64,000 nucleotides of DNA. Origin: Anthoceros angustus. Its lineage: Eukaryota; Plantae; Anthocerotophyta. Each line of letters begins with the position of its first letter. The stretch's first letter is position 1. Under the pieces are notes generated by a model. That model did no database searches. It was not told where the DNA came from and worked only from the letters and a program-made list of their open reading frames with translations. Both the position numbers and the translations under genes were made by a program. The stretch covers positions 620,001 through 684,000 of the forward strand of contig MU008183.1 in the NCBI GenBank assembly GCA_010909165.1, given 5' to 3'. This document shows, in pieces, positions 1-13,000 of the stretch.

Positions 1-35
1 GAGGTTGTCTTGACATCCTCATGCGCTCATGTGGA

Positions 36-338
36 CTACTCTCCCCCCCAGCCGGTTGCTCGCCATTTTCTTCTTGCCTTACTGAGCCTGTGCCTCCTGC
101 GGAACACTTGTTCATCCTTGATTAGTTCTATGTGGAACTTCCCTTTGGTGTACTTCCCCATCTCCATAGCGTGAAAGCAAACACATGTCGCGATGCCTCC
201 AACAACTCCTTTAGCCGCCGTTGGATTGCTCTTCAACTCGATGCCTATTAACCACTCATGTAGTCGGATCGGATGGCTTGCACGCTTCCTCTGCTTACTC
301 TCCTTGCCCTCAAACTCGCCTTCTCTTGTTGAGATCAC
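36..338 (-). pseudogene. Gypsy pol segment immediately preceding reverse transcriptase
   Basis: ORF reads CFHAMEMGKYTKGKFHIELIKDEQVFRRRHRLSKA, matching the gypsy 'FA..LG....H.I.L...P....Y/HRLS..E' linker before RT; the RT core lies outside the window. Confidence 0.6.
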
Positions 339-414
339 AGTCTTTGGAATCCTTGCCCACCGAACCCGCCCGCTTCAACCCCGCCTTCTTGGTTTGAAGT
401 TGGTAAGCGACTCA

Positions 415-955
415 GTCAACGGTCATCATGTTCATGTCAAATGCTTGCCCAAGCAATCGACACCGTTCCTTCTCGGTCACTCCTCGGATCATGCCAAAAT
501 CCTCCTGGACTTGCTTCTTCACGCTCATGCATGCTGGCACATTCTCCAACATGTATCCGCAAGGCCTTTCTTGCCCTTTCTGGATCAAGCGCAAGATCCT
601 CATCAGGTCATAGAACAATGGTGTTCGTGGATCCTTGAGACCTTGACCCTTGCACAGAGGATAGTCCTTGACACTCCCAACTGCGATGACAAGGTCCACC
701 GGTTGCCCAAGACAACTCAAATGGGACAACCCTATCATGCGAACATCCATCGGCGCCTCGGTAACCCTTCACGGCTCCCGTCGGAGGTTGGGTACTCCCC
801 ATCAAGTCTCTTCGCGCCACGGACACAATCCTTGCTTTTGGATCCGGGTCACAATGCACGTATCTTCGTCTTTGATGCCACACTTTATGCCTTCCAAGCG
901 TGCGATGCCTCCAAAGAGTTCCACGAGCACTATGCCGTCTTCCGAGGTCGCCATG
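415..955 (-). pseudogene. Retrotransposon-encoded C5-cytosine DNA methyltransferase domain (DNMT3/DRM-like motif order), frameshifted and internally deleted
   Basis: Motif I IVLVELFGGIA (933-901); RRYVHCDPDPKAR; VDLVIA then motif IV WECQGLS (Cys codon 673-671); GQGLKDPRTPLFYDLMRIL; motif VI YMLENVP (ENV 546-538); motif X RLLGQAFDMN (~456-430). Motifs VIII/IX and the target-recognition region are missing at the 481/480 junction. Confidence 0.8.
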
Positions 956-1103
956 TGATGACACAGGTGTTTAGGTCACAAGCAGGCTCAACCCTAGGCA
1001 AGAACTTTGGTTCTCGGCTCATAGGACAGTCCTCTTGCACCATCCTCCACAGCTTTTGCACGGCTCATTGTTGGTCACCAGCTCCGTCCGGTGACTTGAA
1101 GAA

Positions 1104-3351
1104 CCTCCTCCGAGGGTGGTTGCAACCTAGCTTGTCTTCCTCCTCCTCGCCGAAATCCTCCATCGTCACATGTTGTTAGACACACGCCAAGAGGTTCAAG
1201 CACGTATGGCGTGTCCTTCACCACGCGCCAAACACCGGGTAGACGTTGGCAATGAGGTTCTCATGATCCTTGCCATGCACGCAGAGGGATGCGGGCAATC
1301 CGCTCACTGCTTTTGCTCAGCTTCCAGGTCGATAGTAGACTGCCTGCCCACAAATCCACCATGACCTGTGTTTGTATAAAGCGTCTCTCAAAGAAGACAT
1401 CAAATGTGTCTCGTGACTGATCAAAGGGTACCTCGACAAAGGTGAAGTCTCATTTGGTTTGAATGAAACTTCATTTGTACCTTGTCACCCCAACACATGC
1501 TCCGTGGTCCCAAACGGTCCGGATCTTCCACTTGGTTTCCTTCAACCTTTCTTGGTGGAGACCCAACGCCTTCACTCTTCTTCCAACGATCACCTACCGT
1601 GCTCTGTCAATCAACACCTCCTTGGTGCGAATCCATTGATTTCAATGTGCCTCTCCCGATTGTTGACCAAAGCCACTCCCACTGCAAAGATTCCGCTTTT
1701 CCACAGATGCTTGGTTCGGAGGTCAAGAATGACATCATTGCTACCGTGGCAAATCTTGACACTTGCTTCGCCTTCAAGGGTTGTCATCCGCCGAGTCAAA
1801 CCCCGACTTCCTTCACGCCAACCCCATGTCTTGTAGGGCACCGCTGCATGGGTTTCTCCACATCGCCCACTGACTTTGATGTTGCTCCCACGGTTGCTCA
1901 CAATGGCTCAAGCGACTTTGGCATCTTGGCATAGGTTCGGAAGAGGATCCCAAGCTTCCTTCCGTGTCTTCCGTGACCGCAGTGTCAAGACGCCCTTCTT
2001 CCTTTGAGCTATATTCTCTCGAGCTGTGAGGTTTCTTCCCTTGCCCTTGGATGCGGTCATCGCCATGTATCCAAGCTTGTGCTCATCTTCTTCGTCCTCG
2101 ATGATGAACCGCCGCTTCCTTGATCTTCGCCCGCACCAACTTCTCCAGCTTTTGCAGGCGTGCCACGAGCCGCCCATCGCCTTCTTTGATGCTTCCGTTT
2201 CTTTTGTCCACGGACTTCACGCGCCTCCTCAGGGTGGTTGCAACCTAGCTTGTCTTCCTCCTCCTCGTCGAAATCCTCCATCGGTCGATTGCGGTTGTTA
2301 GACACACGCCAAGAGGTTCAAGCACGTATGGCGTGTCCTTCCTCTGCGCCAAACCTTTGGGTAGCGTTGGCAATGAGGTTCTCATGATCCTTGCCATGCG
2401 GTGCAGAGGGATGCGGGCAATCCGTTCATCGGTTTTGCTCCGGCTTCTCCTGGTCGATAGTAGGTCTCCGTCCACAAATCCACCATGACTCGAGGTTTGT
2501 ACAAAGCGTCCGCTCGACAAGACATCAAATGTGTCGCATCGGTGACCAAGCGGTGTACCTCGACAAAGGTGAAGTCTGCTTGTTCTTGGTTTGAATGAAA
2601 CCTTGACATGTCAACACATGCTCCGTGGTCCCAGTGATGCGGATCTTCCACTTGGTTTCCTTCAACCTTTCTTGGTGGAGACCCAACGCTTCCTTCACTC
2701 TTCTTCCAACGATCACCGGGTGCTCGGTGTCAATCAACACCTCCTTGAGTGCGAATCCATTGATTTCAATGTGCCTCTCGATTGTTGACCAAAGCCACCC
2801 ACTCGTGCGACATTCGCTTTTCCACAGATGCTTGGTTGAGGTCGGCAATGACATCATTGCTACACTGTGGCAAATCTTGGACACTTGCTTCGTCTTCAAG
2901 GGTTGTCAACATCCGAGTCAAACGACTTCCTTCACTCAACCCCATGTCTTGTAGGGCATCTGCATGGGTTTCTCCACATCGCCCACTCACGGACTTTGAT
3001 GTTGCTCCCACGGTTGCTCCTGGCAATGGCTCAAGCGACTTTGGCATCTTGGCATAGGTTCGGAAGAGGATCCGAAGCTTCCTTCCATGTCTTCGCTTTG
3101 CGGTGTCAAGACATCCTCTTCTTCCTCGAGCTATCTTCTCTCGTGCGAGGTTTCTTCCCTTGCCCTTGGATCAGTCAGTCGCCATGTATCAAGCTTGTGC
3201 TCATCTTCTTAGTCCTCGATGATGAGCTGCTCTCCTTGATCTTCGCCTTCCGCTGCTTCTCCAGCTTTGCGAGGCGTGCCACGTAGCTGCCCATCGTCTT
3301 CTTTGATGCTTCCCGTTTCTTTTGTCCACGGGACTTCGCTGGTGCCTCCTC
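1104..3351. repeat. Direct tandem duplication, ~1120-bp unit (1104-2223, 2224-3351), containing the gypsy protease
   Basis: Copies align end to end and differ mostly by small indels; CCTCCTC occurs at all three boundaries (1104, 2224, 3345). Confidence 0.9.
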
Positions 3352-4717
3352 CACGGCGCCTTTGCTCTTTGTTGATTTTGTGGATGAGGTTGACGCAGAT
3401 GCATTGGCCGGGGTTGTAACAAGGTCTCCTTAGGACTGGTGACGGCTCCTGGTCACTAGTTGGAAGGGTGGACACCGGGTCTAAAGGTTCACAAAAGCCA
3501 CCCAAAACCATGTTTTCCTGATTTCATTAAAAAAATCATTGCCAGCATCTAGGAGCAAATCATAGAGGGATCTGTTTTCCCGTGTTTGTATGTCCGCATC
3601 TCATATTAGTTTGGCTAACCAGCAGGTACATTGCCTATAAATGCGATGATTTGAAAATCGGGGCAATTTTGTATGGACAACCAAAAAGCACACGCAATGG
3701 AAAGTCCACGTGTTGCATCGGTGTCCACCGTCATGGTCGCCGCTCTGCATTAGTGGGAGGGTCGTGGTGGCACGGGCGTTACGTGCATAAACCTTGCATC
3801 TCACCCCAATGTCGGTAGCGGGAGTGGAGGAAGATTCGGACGCCTACCGCTCGTATGCACCACTGCGAGCGACCCCGTCTGCGAATCGTTTGGAAGTGGC
3901 TTGCCACGCCTGCATGCGATGGAGACCCCACCTCTCGGACGGACTAAAACGAGAATTCCACATGGGCGATGGAAATTGGAAGTTGCCCGCACTGGTGGCA
4001 ATCACAACATGGGCAGTTCCTTTCAAGCACGCTGGAGTGATCCGCGCTTCATTGCTTGGTCCTTAAGGAATTTGGTTGAGGCGGGGCTGGCGGTGCAAAC
4101 TCGCGACCTTTGCAGCGTGTTGATCAACACGGATTCCACTCTGGGGTTGGGCGGTGTGAATGGTGTGGAGGGCAAAGCACGACATGTCCAGTGTACTTAC
4201 TTGGTGGTCAAGGATAAAATTGGAGAAAGTCATATTGCTACATGTGTGTGTGCGTGTTAGTGCGGCTATATGTGAAAGCGATTGAACATCGTGTTTGATT
4301 GGATTGTCACATGACATCCATTGTCATCTTCGTACACCGCATTTTATCTCGTGGGTTTACAACATACATAGTCTTCCTAGCGAGGAGATTAGGAAACGAT
4401 TTGGCGATTGTATTGATCGCTTTCATGCATGCGAATGGGCCGACGCTTCTTTGAAATCGGTCCGTTGTTTGAAAATCCATACCTTGCACGATTGTGCGAC
4501 AGACGCCCATGAGCTCGCTCATCAAACACCCGGCGCAATCATCTGAACACATTCTCGAATCGTCACCACTCCCATGCTTCCTAGCTTGCGTGCTCCACCA
4601 GCGTGTTCGTTGTCTAGGTCTCCGGGGACCTTGCCGCCTGATGTGTTTGTTGTGTTCATAGCCTGCTTGCATGCACGTTCTACCACAGTGCCAGATACCA
4701 CCGGCTGTCCGGTGCTT

Positions 4718-6353
4718 AAGACCCACACCGGTTCCTCCTACCAGAATCCTCGAAACAAACACGTAGCCTATCCACTGTCCGCACGACACACCTCGATCTG
4801 TGAAGCAAAGTTTTCCAATCCTACATCCCCCACCATCTGGCTGTCAAGCACACCCGGAGGAGGGTGCTCTTCTGCCTCCTTCACTTGCTGCTCCGCATCC
4901 CCAAGGACCATTGAGTTGTCGCCTGCAGCTGCTTCACCACTTGCCATATGACCCTTGGTCTCAGGCTTCCTCGTTGGTCTCTGCTTCAACGACACATATG
5001 AACCCCGGGCACCAGCCATGTTGTTCACCATGGGCTCCTTATTGAACGCCTTTCCGCCTCCATAGCCTCTCGCCCACCTCCTCCTCTTCCGTCGGCCCGT
5101 CCATGGAATTGATTCAAGGTCCATGAATTGAGCGCACTGGGATCCACATCAATGAAATGACATTACGGCATAAGCGAGCAGTGCTATCATACCCGACCGA
5201 TCCTGCATCCAGACCCAATCTCCTCATGTCTGGTGAATCAACCTCTTCAAGAGTCTTAGGGGCTTCGATAGGGGAAACAACCCGATCATCCGCGGTGTTG
5301 TAACACAATTTTAGTTCCTTTGCCGCAAACAGTTGTCACTCCACCGCCAAGTTGCGTCGGTTCTCTGAGCACAAACGGTTGAGGCACACAATCCTTATCC
5401 AAGCTCCCTGCGGCGCAAGTGAAAAGTCCCATCGTCGGCTCGACAATCTTTGTCACATTGGTTTTATGCCAGTAACATGTCGTCACAGCACCCCTGCACG
5501 CTTCCATCAGGACTTCTCTCACCATAGATGTGTCATCCGGAGAATGGAAGACCACACCGGTTCCTCCTACGAATCCTCGAAACAAACACGTAGCCTATCC
5601 ACCGTCCGCACGACACACCTCGATCTGGAAGCAAAGTTTTCCAATCCTACATCCCCACCATCGGGCATCACACGGAGGGTGCTCTCCTTCACTTGCTGCT
5701 CCGCATCCCCAAGGACCATTGAGTTGTCGCCTGCAGCTGCTTCACCACATGCCATATGACCCTTGGTCTCAGGCTTCCTCGTTGGTCTCTGCTTCAACGA
5801 CACATATGAACCCCGGGCACCAGCCATGTTGTTCACCATGGGCTCCTTATTGAACGTCTTGCCGCCTCCATAGCCAGGCTCCTCGCCCACCTCCTCCTCT
5901 TCCGTCGGCCAGCTGTCCATGGAATTGATTCGAAGATCCATGAATTGAGCGCACCTGGGATCCACATCAACAGAAATGACATTACGGCATAAGCGAGCAG
6001 CTATCATACCCGACCGATCCTGCGCATCCAATCTCCCTCTCATCTGAATCAACCTCTTCAAGAGTCTTAGGGGCTTCGATAGGGGAAACAACCCGATCAT
6101 CCGCGGTGTTGTAACACAATTTTAGTTCCACGTTCGGCAAACAGTTGTCACTCCACCGCCAAGTTGCGTCGGTTCTCGAGCACAAAGCGGTTGAGGCACA
6201 CAATCCTTATCCAAGCTCCTGCGCAAGTGAAAAGTCCCATCGTCTGACTGTCCTCGACAATCTGTCACATTGGTTTTATGCCATGTCGGCACACCTGCGC
6301 TTCCATCGACTTCTCTAACCATAGATGTGTCATCCGGAGAATGGAAGACCACA
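4718..6353. repeat. Direct tandem duplication, ~800-830-bp unit
   Basis: 4718-5547 aligns with 5548-6344; boundary motif AAGACC(C)ACA at 4718, 5548 and 6345. Confidence 0.9.
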
Positions 6354-9300
6354 ATACGAAATACAGGATGTGGTGATGCCTTTGAACGCATGATGACCCC
6401 TTCAAACTCGCCTTGGTAAATCTTGTGTCATACTCTCGTGATTGGGGATCTAGATCCAAGCCTCAGGAGGTCTAACAACAACAAAGCATACGGTCGGGGC
6501 TCTACAAACCGGGCCATGTTCACTATGTTCCCACACGATCCCGACCTTGGGTTTTTCGGCTTGGAGTCGTTCACGATTGTCATCGGCTTATCCTCGGTGT
6601 GGTCGATTTCAAGGCACGCGTTCGACTCCTCCATCGCTTCCAAGCTCGGCCTTGAATATGTGCTCCTTGAAGTTCTCGGTAGGGCACCCCACTCAAGGCA
6701 AGTGTTGGCCGCACACATGAAAGACACATCCCCACCGGTCAAATGCAAGCACGTTCGAATGTATGCGGTGTGAATGCCTCCACTTTCCATGACTTATAAG
6801 GACAAGAAGCGGCAAGAGAGAAACTCGATTTGGGTATAGCTAAGTGTTCATCGAGGACCACGATTTTTGAAGGCGGTGGAAGTTACTAATCGATTCACCA
6901 TGCGATGTCGGGATATCGTTCTGAACCTCTTCAAATGTCTCACTGCAAATGCTTGGCGATGTCACATGGATGAGGTTGAGTTTTTGGCCTTGTCCACCCA
7001 CACGAACATTTGTTTCAATGTCAATTCTCCACCAGGACTTTCATGCATCTTGTCTTCAAGTTGTTGTTCCCAGTGCATTCGATGCCACGAAACACTTCCA
7101 TACCCTCAGTAGGTATACTAAGCTCCTTTGTGTCAATGACCAAGTTTGCTCTAACCCTTGTCTTCCTTGAATTCTGGGCCTTTATTTGTGAGAGCCCGAG
7201 CTGCTTCCACACCTCGAACAGCTGTTGTCTCCCACTTCTCAAAGATTTCATCCACGCATTTCCACACCTCATCATCAACCTTCGCAACACAATAATCCGA
7301 TTGTCCGGTTATCCACGAGGCGGTGATAGTGACCTTAGGTCCATGCTTGGCGCATCCCACTTAGGAACCACCGCCCGGGCATATATCTCCAACTTCCGTC
7401 TAAGTCACACTTGACCCATCATTGGCCTTCATCTCGATTCGATGTACCTCACACGGTCGATGAAAGTAAAAGTCTTCCGGCATCCGCAATGGTGTTGTGA
7501 TCGGTGGCAACTAACCTCATCTCCTCATTTGTGAGGCCAGCAAGAACATATGCATCCATCCACATGCTCTTGAACCAATGGATACAAGTCGGCTAGTCTA
7601 GATCGCTGGAAGGAATGATTCCCTCAATACATAAAATTTGTACACCCCGATCCACCTTATCCATGTCAAAGAAGTTCTTGTTGGGACCGGGCCGGGTCTA
7701 CAATGACAATCATGGGCAGCACACCACCCACGTGGAATGCTTCATCTTTTGCATCAAAGCCTCCACCCAAGCAGTCTAGCTTACGTACCTTGCCAAACCG
7801 ACATAGTTCTTCCGGAGGTCTACAAGCTGATGGACAGCTTTAACGTGGACTCCCATACTCTCTTTCCCAATTGCCTCCTCGCAACATCTCTCGGCCTCGT
7901 CGCTCTGTCGTCATCCGTGGCTCTGACTGCCCTGGCCTTCTCTATGAACTTTGGGAGCTCTTCGCCCCTCGGACATCATGTGCCATTCGTTGCTTGCCGC
8001 TTGTTGACCCCTTCCCACCCGCCGTCCTCCACGCGATTGCCGGCCTCTCAATCCCTTCCTCTTTTTCTCGATTGTCTACCCATACGGTCGGCTTGAACCC
8101 TTCGCGTGCCATGGGCAGACCCAAATCCCGGTCCGTTGCATCCACCTCGCCCCATCGTCATCTTCCACGTCTTCGTCGGGGCGGATATGATCCACCGGCC
8201 TCGGGCCATCGGCGAATGCCATCGCCAAACCCCTCATTGTCCGGTCCCCACCCGCATCCTCATCTTCGTCGTCGCTAGCCGTCATCCGTGGCCTGACGCA
8301 TCCTTGGCCTTCTATGAACTTTGGGAGCTCTTCGCCCCTCGGACATCATGTGCCATTCGTTTGCCGCGCGACCTTCCCACCCCGCCGTCCTCCACGATTG
8401 CGGCCTCTCAATCCCTTCCTCTTTTCCTCGATTGTCTACCCGCAATCGATCGACGGCTTGAACCCTTCGCGTGCCATGGGCGGACCCAAATCCCGGTCCG
8501 TTGCATCCACCTCGCCCCATCGTCATCTTCCACGTCTTCGTCGGGCTGGATATGATCCACCGGCCTCGGGCCATCGGCCAGCCATCGCCAAACCCCTCAT
8601 TGTCCGGTCCCCACCCGCATCCTCATCTTCGTCTTCGTCGGCTAGAGAGGTTAGGGTGACATCATCGCTGACCATGGGCTAGGAAAAACCAGCGGCTCGG
8701 AGTGTGGGCGGACTGTTGCTTGGACTCGAAGCACCGGACGTCCGTGGCCTGCAACCCTCTTACCGTGCTTTCATTTCGCAAACTAGTTCAAACGTGTCCA
8801 TGGAATTATATTTTGTGCCACCACCTTTTGTTGCGTTTCACTTGGCAGATCATGCATATCGGTGGCGGTTGCCAGCGACACTGCAGCATGGATTTACTGA
8901 TCCCATTAGCACTAGGAGTTGCCATTTGATTTCCACTCGCAGATGCCATGCTAGGGGCCTTCTCGCAGATGCCCTTTCGATGTAAGCAATGCATCATCCG
9001 CACACCTTCTAAACATTGCTGGTGCAAAGCCTTGTGGAAGACACGATGTCCATCACCGTGTCGCAATGCCTCCAAAAGTTCTTGCCTTTTCCGCTCTGGT
9101 TGTATACAATGTCAAAGTTCTTCACCGCACTATACTCTAATCCATTGCGGGTCCAGACGAAGAGGCTCCTTGTGCTTGAGCCGGATCGATATATACACCG
9201 CTCATCCTTCGTGATCGCGTGAAAACAATCGCTCCCGCACATTTCTTTTTTTTGGTGTGGTTCGCATCATCCTCCATCGACACATACAAGAAGAGCAAGT

Positions 9301-9606
9301 CTTGATTGGGTCATTGTTATCCAACTTCTCTTTGTAATGTCAAATGGCGAGATCATCTTGTACATCCGTGGATCAAGTCAATATCGGACCGCTTGTAAGG
9401 ACTACGGAAAGATGCCTTGGTCGTGAGGATGCTCTTGTGGAAAGACCCGCATCGGTGGCGCATTTGAGTTGTCCTTGGAGTCGGGTCTGCAGGCTCGTCG
9501 CCTCGTTCAAGGCACGTGAGTGCATCCGTCGCCTTTTTTCTCCACCGGGCGTCCTGCGATTTGTTGGAGTCATTCTTCCGCTCGAGCCCTTGGAGGAGCC
9601 ATTACA
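5990..9606 (-). mobile_element. Second degenerate Ty3/gypsy Gag - Zn knuckle - protease module (element B)
   Basis: Frameshifted minus-strand ORF starting near ATG GCT CCT CCA (~9606); Gag-like segment 7700-6800; degenerate C..CG.QHL..CP knuckle ~6720-6680; protease-like MVREVL(M)DG..G..(6340-6000; duplicated at ~5540-5200). Confidence 0.55.
7910..8645. repeat. Direct tandem duplication, ~367-bp unit
   Basis: 7910-8277 aligns with 8278-8645 (GTCATCCGTGG...ATGAACTTTGGGAGCTCTTCGCCCCTCGGACATCATGTGCC...). Confidence 0.9.
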
Positions 9607-10098
9607 TGCAACTATGAAAGAAGTGAGATCACGAAGTGTTTAGATTGTTAAAAGGCGATACGCATGAGGCAACTTCTCGAAACAGGGGCGGCAAGCGGCG
9701 GAGTTGACAGTTGATGCTCACAGACGACTAGCCCAGCCTGCTGCACCCTCGAGAGCAAACAGATTGCCGCAGCTCGATGAGGAGGTCGACAGTGTCCTGA
9801 TATCTGCAGCTGCCGGCCTGCTCGCCGATGGACAAAGTGCGGGTGAGTGTGAGAACGACCCGTTTTCTCCAGTCCGCGGCAATCTCTTGCTTTTCCCGCC
9901 CACACATAAGCTAGATGGAAATACACATCTTCCCGCCAAAGCGAGAATGAATCTATACCATCCGAGAAAGGGGAAGGTGGGGTGTGCCTTCATGAAGGAA
10001 GACACAGGCAAGGCGAGCTGTAATCAAGCAACTCCTTAAATGCTTTGTCGCGGCCGTGTTTTGCCATTGTCGGCTAATGTGGCAAATGCAAATTTGAG

Positions 10099-13000
10099 CA
10101 TATTCTAAGGTATATGCTAGTTATGCCACGGCTAAAATAGTGTTCGGTGGCATAACGATGGGCACCTAGAGTGATTCAAAGATCCACCGACTAGCAATAC
10201 CGCCGTTTCCTACCCGCAAAGTGGGCACCTCGACTTCATTGCCATTTAGTGCGAAGGCTTATTTCGCACCCGCAATTGTATCGAGTCTTGCGCATCCACT
10301 TCTCATCCACCTTGCGCATCCCTCCTCCTCCTGGACGTCACGCGCCCCTCCGTGTGAGCAATGGCCAACGGCGGCGGCGGCGGGCGTGTTCGATTTGCAA
10401 ATTTCGGCGGCGGGTCGATGCATGTCATTCCGGCGGGTGGCCATGAGTCGGCGACTCAATTGTTGATCTCGGGGCGGATGCACAACCCGCGTCGTAGTTT
10501 TAGAGGATGATTCACGAGCTATGGCGGCGGCGGCATAGCATAGTCCTTGAAGAGACACGGTGGCAGACTTTGCGGTGGAAGCGATGGCGATGTCGTGTTC
10601 CGGATATGGAGGAGCGGAGGATATGGTTGCCGGTGATGGGGACCTTTTCATCGATCCGATGCGATGCAGGCGAGAGGATCGCAAGAGGAGCTCGTGCGGG
10701 CGTTTAACCGGATGTCCGGTGCTCGGCGACGCGCCGCGGCGAGGGGCGTGTGCCGAGGCGACTGCACCATCCATCCGGACTTCTTGGATCACCGATGGCG
10801 GCGCATCGCGAAGATGTACCTGTTGGCGCATTTGGGCGAAACCGGATAACACCGGACGCCTGCGGCGACAAGGTCGGCCCTCCGGCGGATCGTGGGGGTC
10901 CAGAATACTATCGAGAATGTGCTACACCGGGCGGGAACAGGCAAGACTACGATGTGGAGAGTGTTGCGAGTCTCGGACTTTGGTGAGAAGATCCACACAT
11001 TGTTGATTTTGGGCTTGGCTTGGAAACAATATCGCCGGGTGATGGCGGAGTTGCATCGAGTCGTCAAGAGCTAATGTGGTCCGTGGTCCCGGATCTTTGT
11101 TTGGTGATTGTGATGCCATCCGGTTGGAGTTGCTCGAGATGATGCCTCGCACAAAGCCAAAGGTGAGGATCGTGTGAGCTGTGGCGTTAAGCGTAAAGTA
11201 CCTCCGGCCGAGCTAGAATGGATTTGGTCTTAGAGAAGCATTGTTCGGGGCCAAGTTGTGCGCGATTTAAAGCGGCATTGTTGTGACAAAAATGTTTAGA
11301 GCGTGTTGGCCATTCAAATTGAAGGTGATTCGTGTAGCATTCTTCCGCATGACAAAAGGAGGCGGGAACAGCATTTGCAAGACCATCCGGATCGATCGAA
11401 GGCGAAGAGGAGTTGTTGCCCATAGTATGGATAAACCGGATTCCACATGGGAAGAAAGCGGTGTGTGTGAGGGCTTTCATCGGGTTTTGCATTGGGTCAC
11501 TAAGATACAAGAATGCGCAAACCGGGGTAGTGAAAAATGTTAGATGGACCGTAGGCTACGGTCTCGCAGCAGCCAACGCCATATGGATTACACGTCATGT
11601 GGATGGGCGTTTTCTTCAAAGGTGTCGGAAAGAGCGCGAATCGGGAAGTCTTCAACTTGCCGACTCATACGAAGAGGAGATCTTCATTGAGTATGCGGGC
11701 AGCAGATCAGTGTGCTCCACGTTTATTCTGACTACTTTTGCAAGCTTTGGATGAAGTATTTCGTTAAAATACCAGTTACGGTTTTCGATCTGTCGCATGC
11801 GATGACCTAAAGAGGAAAATAAAAGGCAGGGTCGGATCACGTACAAGGTGAGATGGCGGTCCTTATTCCAGCGGTCACCGGATGTCCCGAACTTTGGCGC
11901 AACCCCATGGCCTCATACCCTTTTCTTGCGAATGAAGGCGGGGCTTGAAACAAACCGTGTGCACATTCGACGCCTTATTGTTGCGTGTGCAGACAAGAAT
12001 GTGGAGCCGCTCGAGTCCACAGAGAACAACAACGAAGGAGCGCGAAAATGGCGCGCACCGCACAAGTGCTTGGGCGGCTAAGTTCATTGGTATTGCCATA
12101 GATGGTATGGACCAAAAAAGAGTTGCCCCATTACCGCAGATTGCCAAAGGCGGTTGATTCGGAGCCCTTGTCGGGCTTCACGTTCTAGGTGTCTGGTGTT
12201 CAACTACTTGGTGCGCACAGTGTATTTGAGTTTCCGAATGTGAGAAATGATCCGAATGGAATCAGAGCCGTGATTCAAAGATGTTATCAATACGGAGGCC
12301 GCTCCCCTATTCTATACTTGCGGATGGACAACACACAACAAAACAAGAATCGAGGTATTGGCATATCATCCATGCTTGTGGCGAAGGTATCTTCAAAAAT
12401 CAAGGTGGGGTTTCTTCTTGTTGGCCATACCCACGATCGATTGACCAAATGTTTTCGAGGTTCTCGGTTGTGCTAGGGTTGAAGGATGCTTTCACTTGCG
12501 AAAATGATAGGGTTCTTTGAGCGGGCGTACACCCCATCACCGCATGATTCACATCAAGGAGGTGCGGACTTCAAGACCTATCTATGGCCGAAGGGGATCG
12601 TGCAGCGTATGACTTGCATAATCACATTTTCAACACTTCAAAATAACAAGGAGAAGTCGCTATCGGAGAGGGCGTGTGCTAAGATGCAAGGAGTTTTCAA
12701 GTTCGATCACGTCACCGGAGGGTGGTGTGCGCTATTACGTTCGGTGCCACCACGGGTGATTGTGGCGCTCCATTGTTGCCGTTGGTCCCATCACATGCCC
12801 AAGGTAAAGGAAAGGGACAAGCAAAGCGGAAGGATGCCCGATGCCGATGGCGGTAGTGGTAGTGTAGTGGCGAGTCCATGAAGTAAAAGCGGGCCTAGAA
12901 CGCGCAGCGACATATGAATGTGGAGCAACTAGCATGGTGGGATACGTTGGGATGAGCAGTAGCAATAGCCGAGAGACTAGCATGGCATTCCATTCCGTTG

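Larger units (their letters stand above)
1..5870 (-). mobile_element. Degenerate Ty3/gypsy retrotransposon (element A): Gag - Zn knuckle - aspartic protease - C5 DNA methyltransferase - start of RT region, running off the left edge
   Basis: Minus-strand pieces in polyprotein order: Gag-like segment ~5870-3450; degenerate CYN..GQ knuckle ~3400; protease EINGF.LKEVLIDT..PVIVGRRVKEALGL...VTDAT..DLWTET.YYRPG (two copies, ~1290-1720 and ~2400-2830); DNMT 955-415; pre-RT linker ..LG.YT..FHIELIKD..VFRRRHRLS (338-36). Many frameshifts. Confidence 0.75.

Noticed and set aside
193-1179. 328-aa plus-strand ORF
   Set aside because: Antisense shadow of the DNMT/pol coding strand; no independent motif.
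1290-2000. Initially read as an integrase core
   Set aside because: The EVLIDT..LGL..VTDAT..DLWTE..YYRPG pattern and its position before DNMT and the RT linker fit an aspartic protease; no integrase D,D(35)E motif was found.
3560-3720. RT-like 'VLFGC..IAPIF' text
   Set aside because: No YxDD motif, and it lies upstream of the knuckle and protease, so it is treated as Gag.
9951-9960. Met-PBS-like TGGTATAGA on the minus strand
   Set aside because: Imperfect, and no LTR ..CA end or second LTR supports it.
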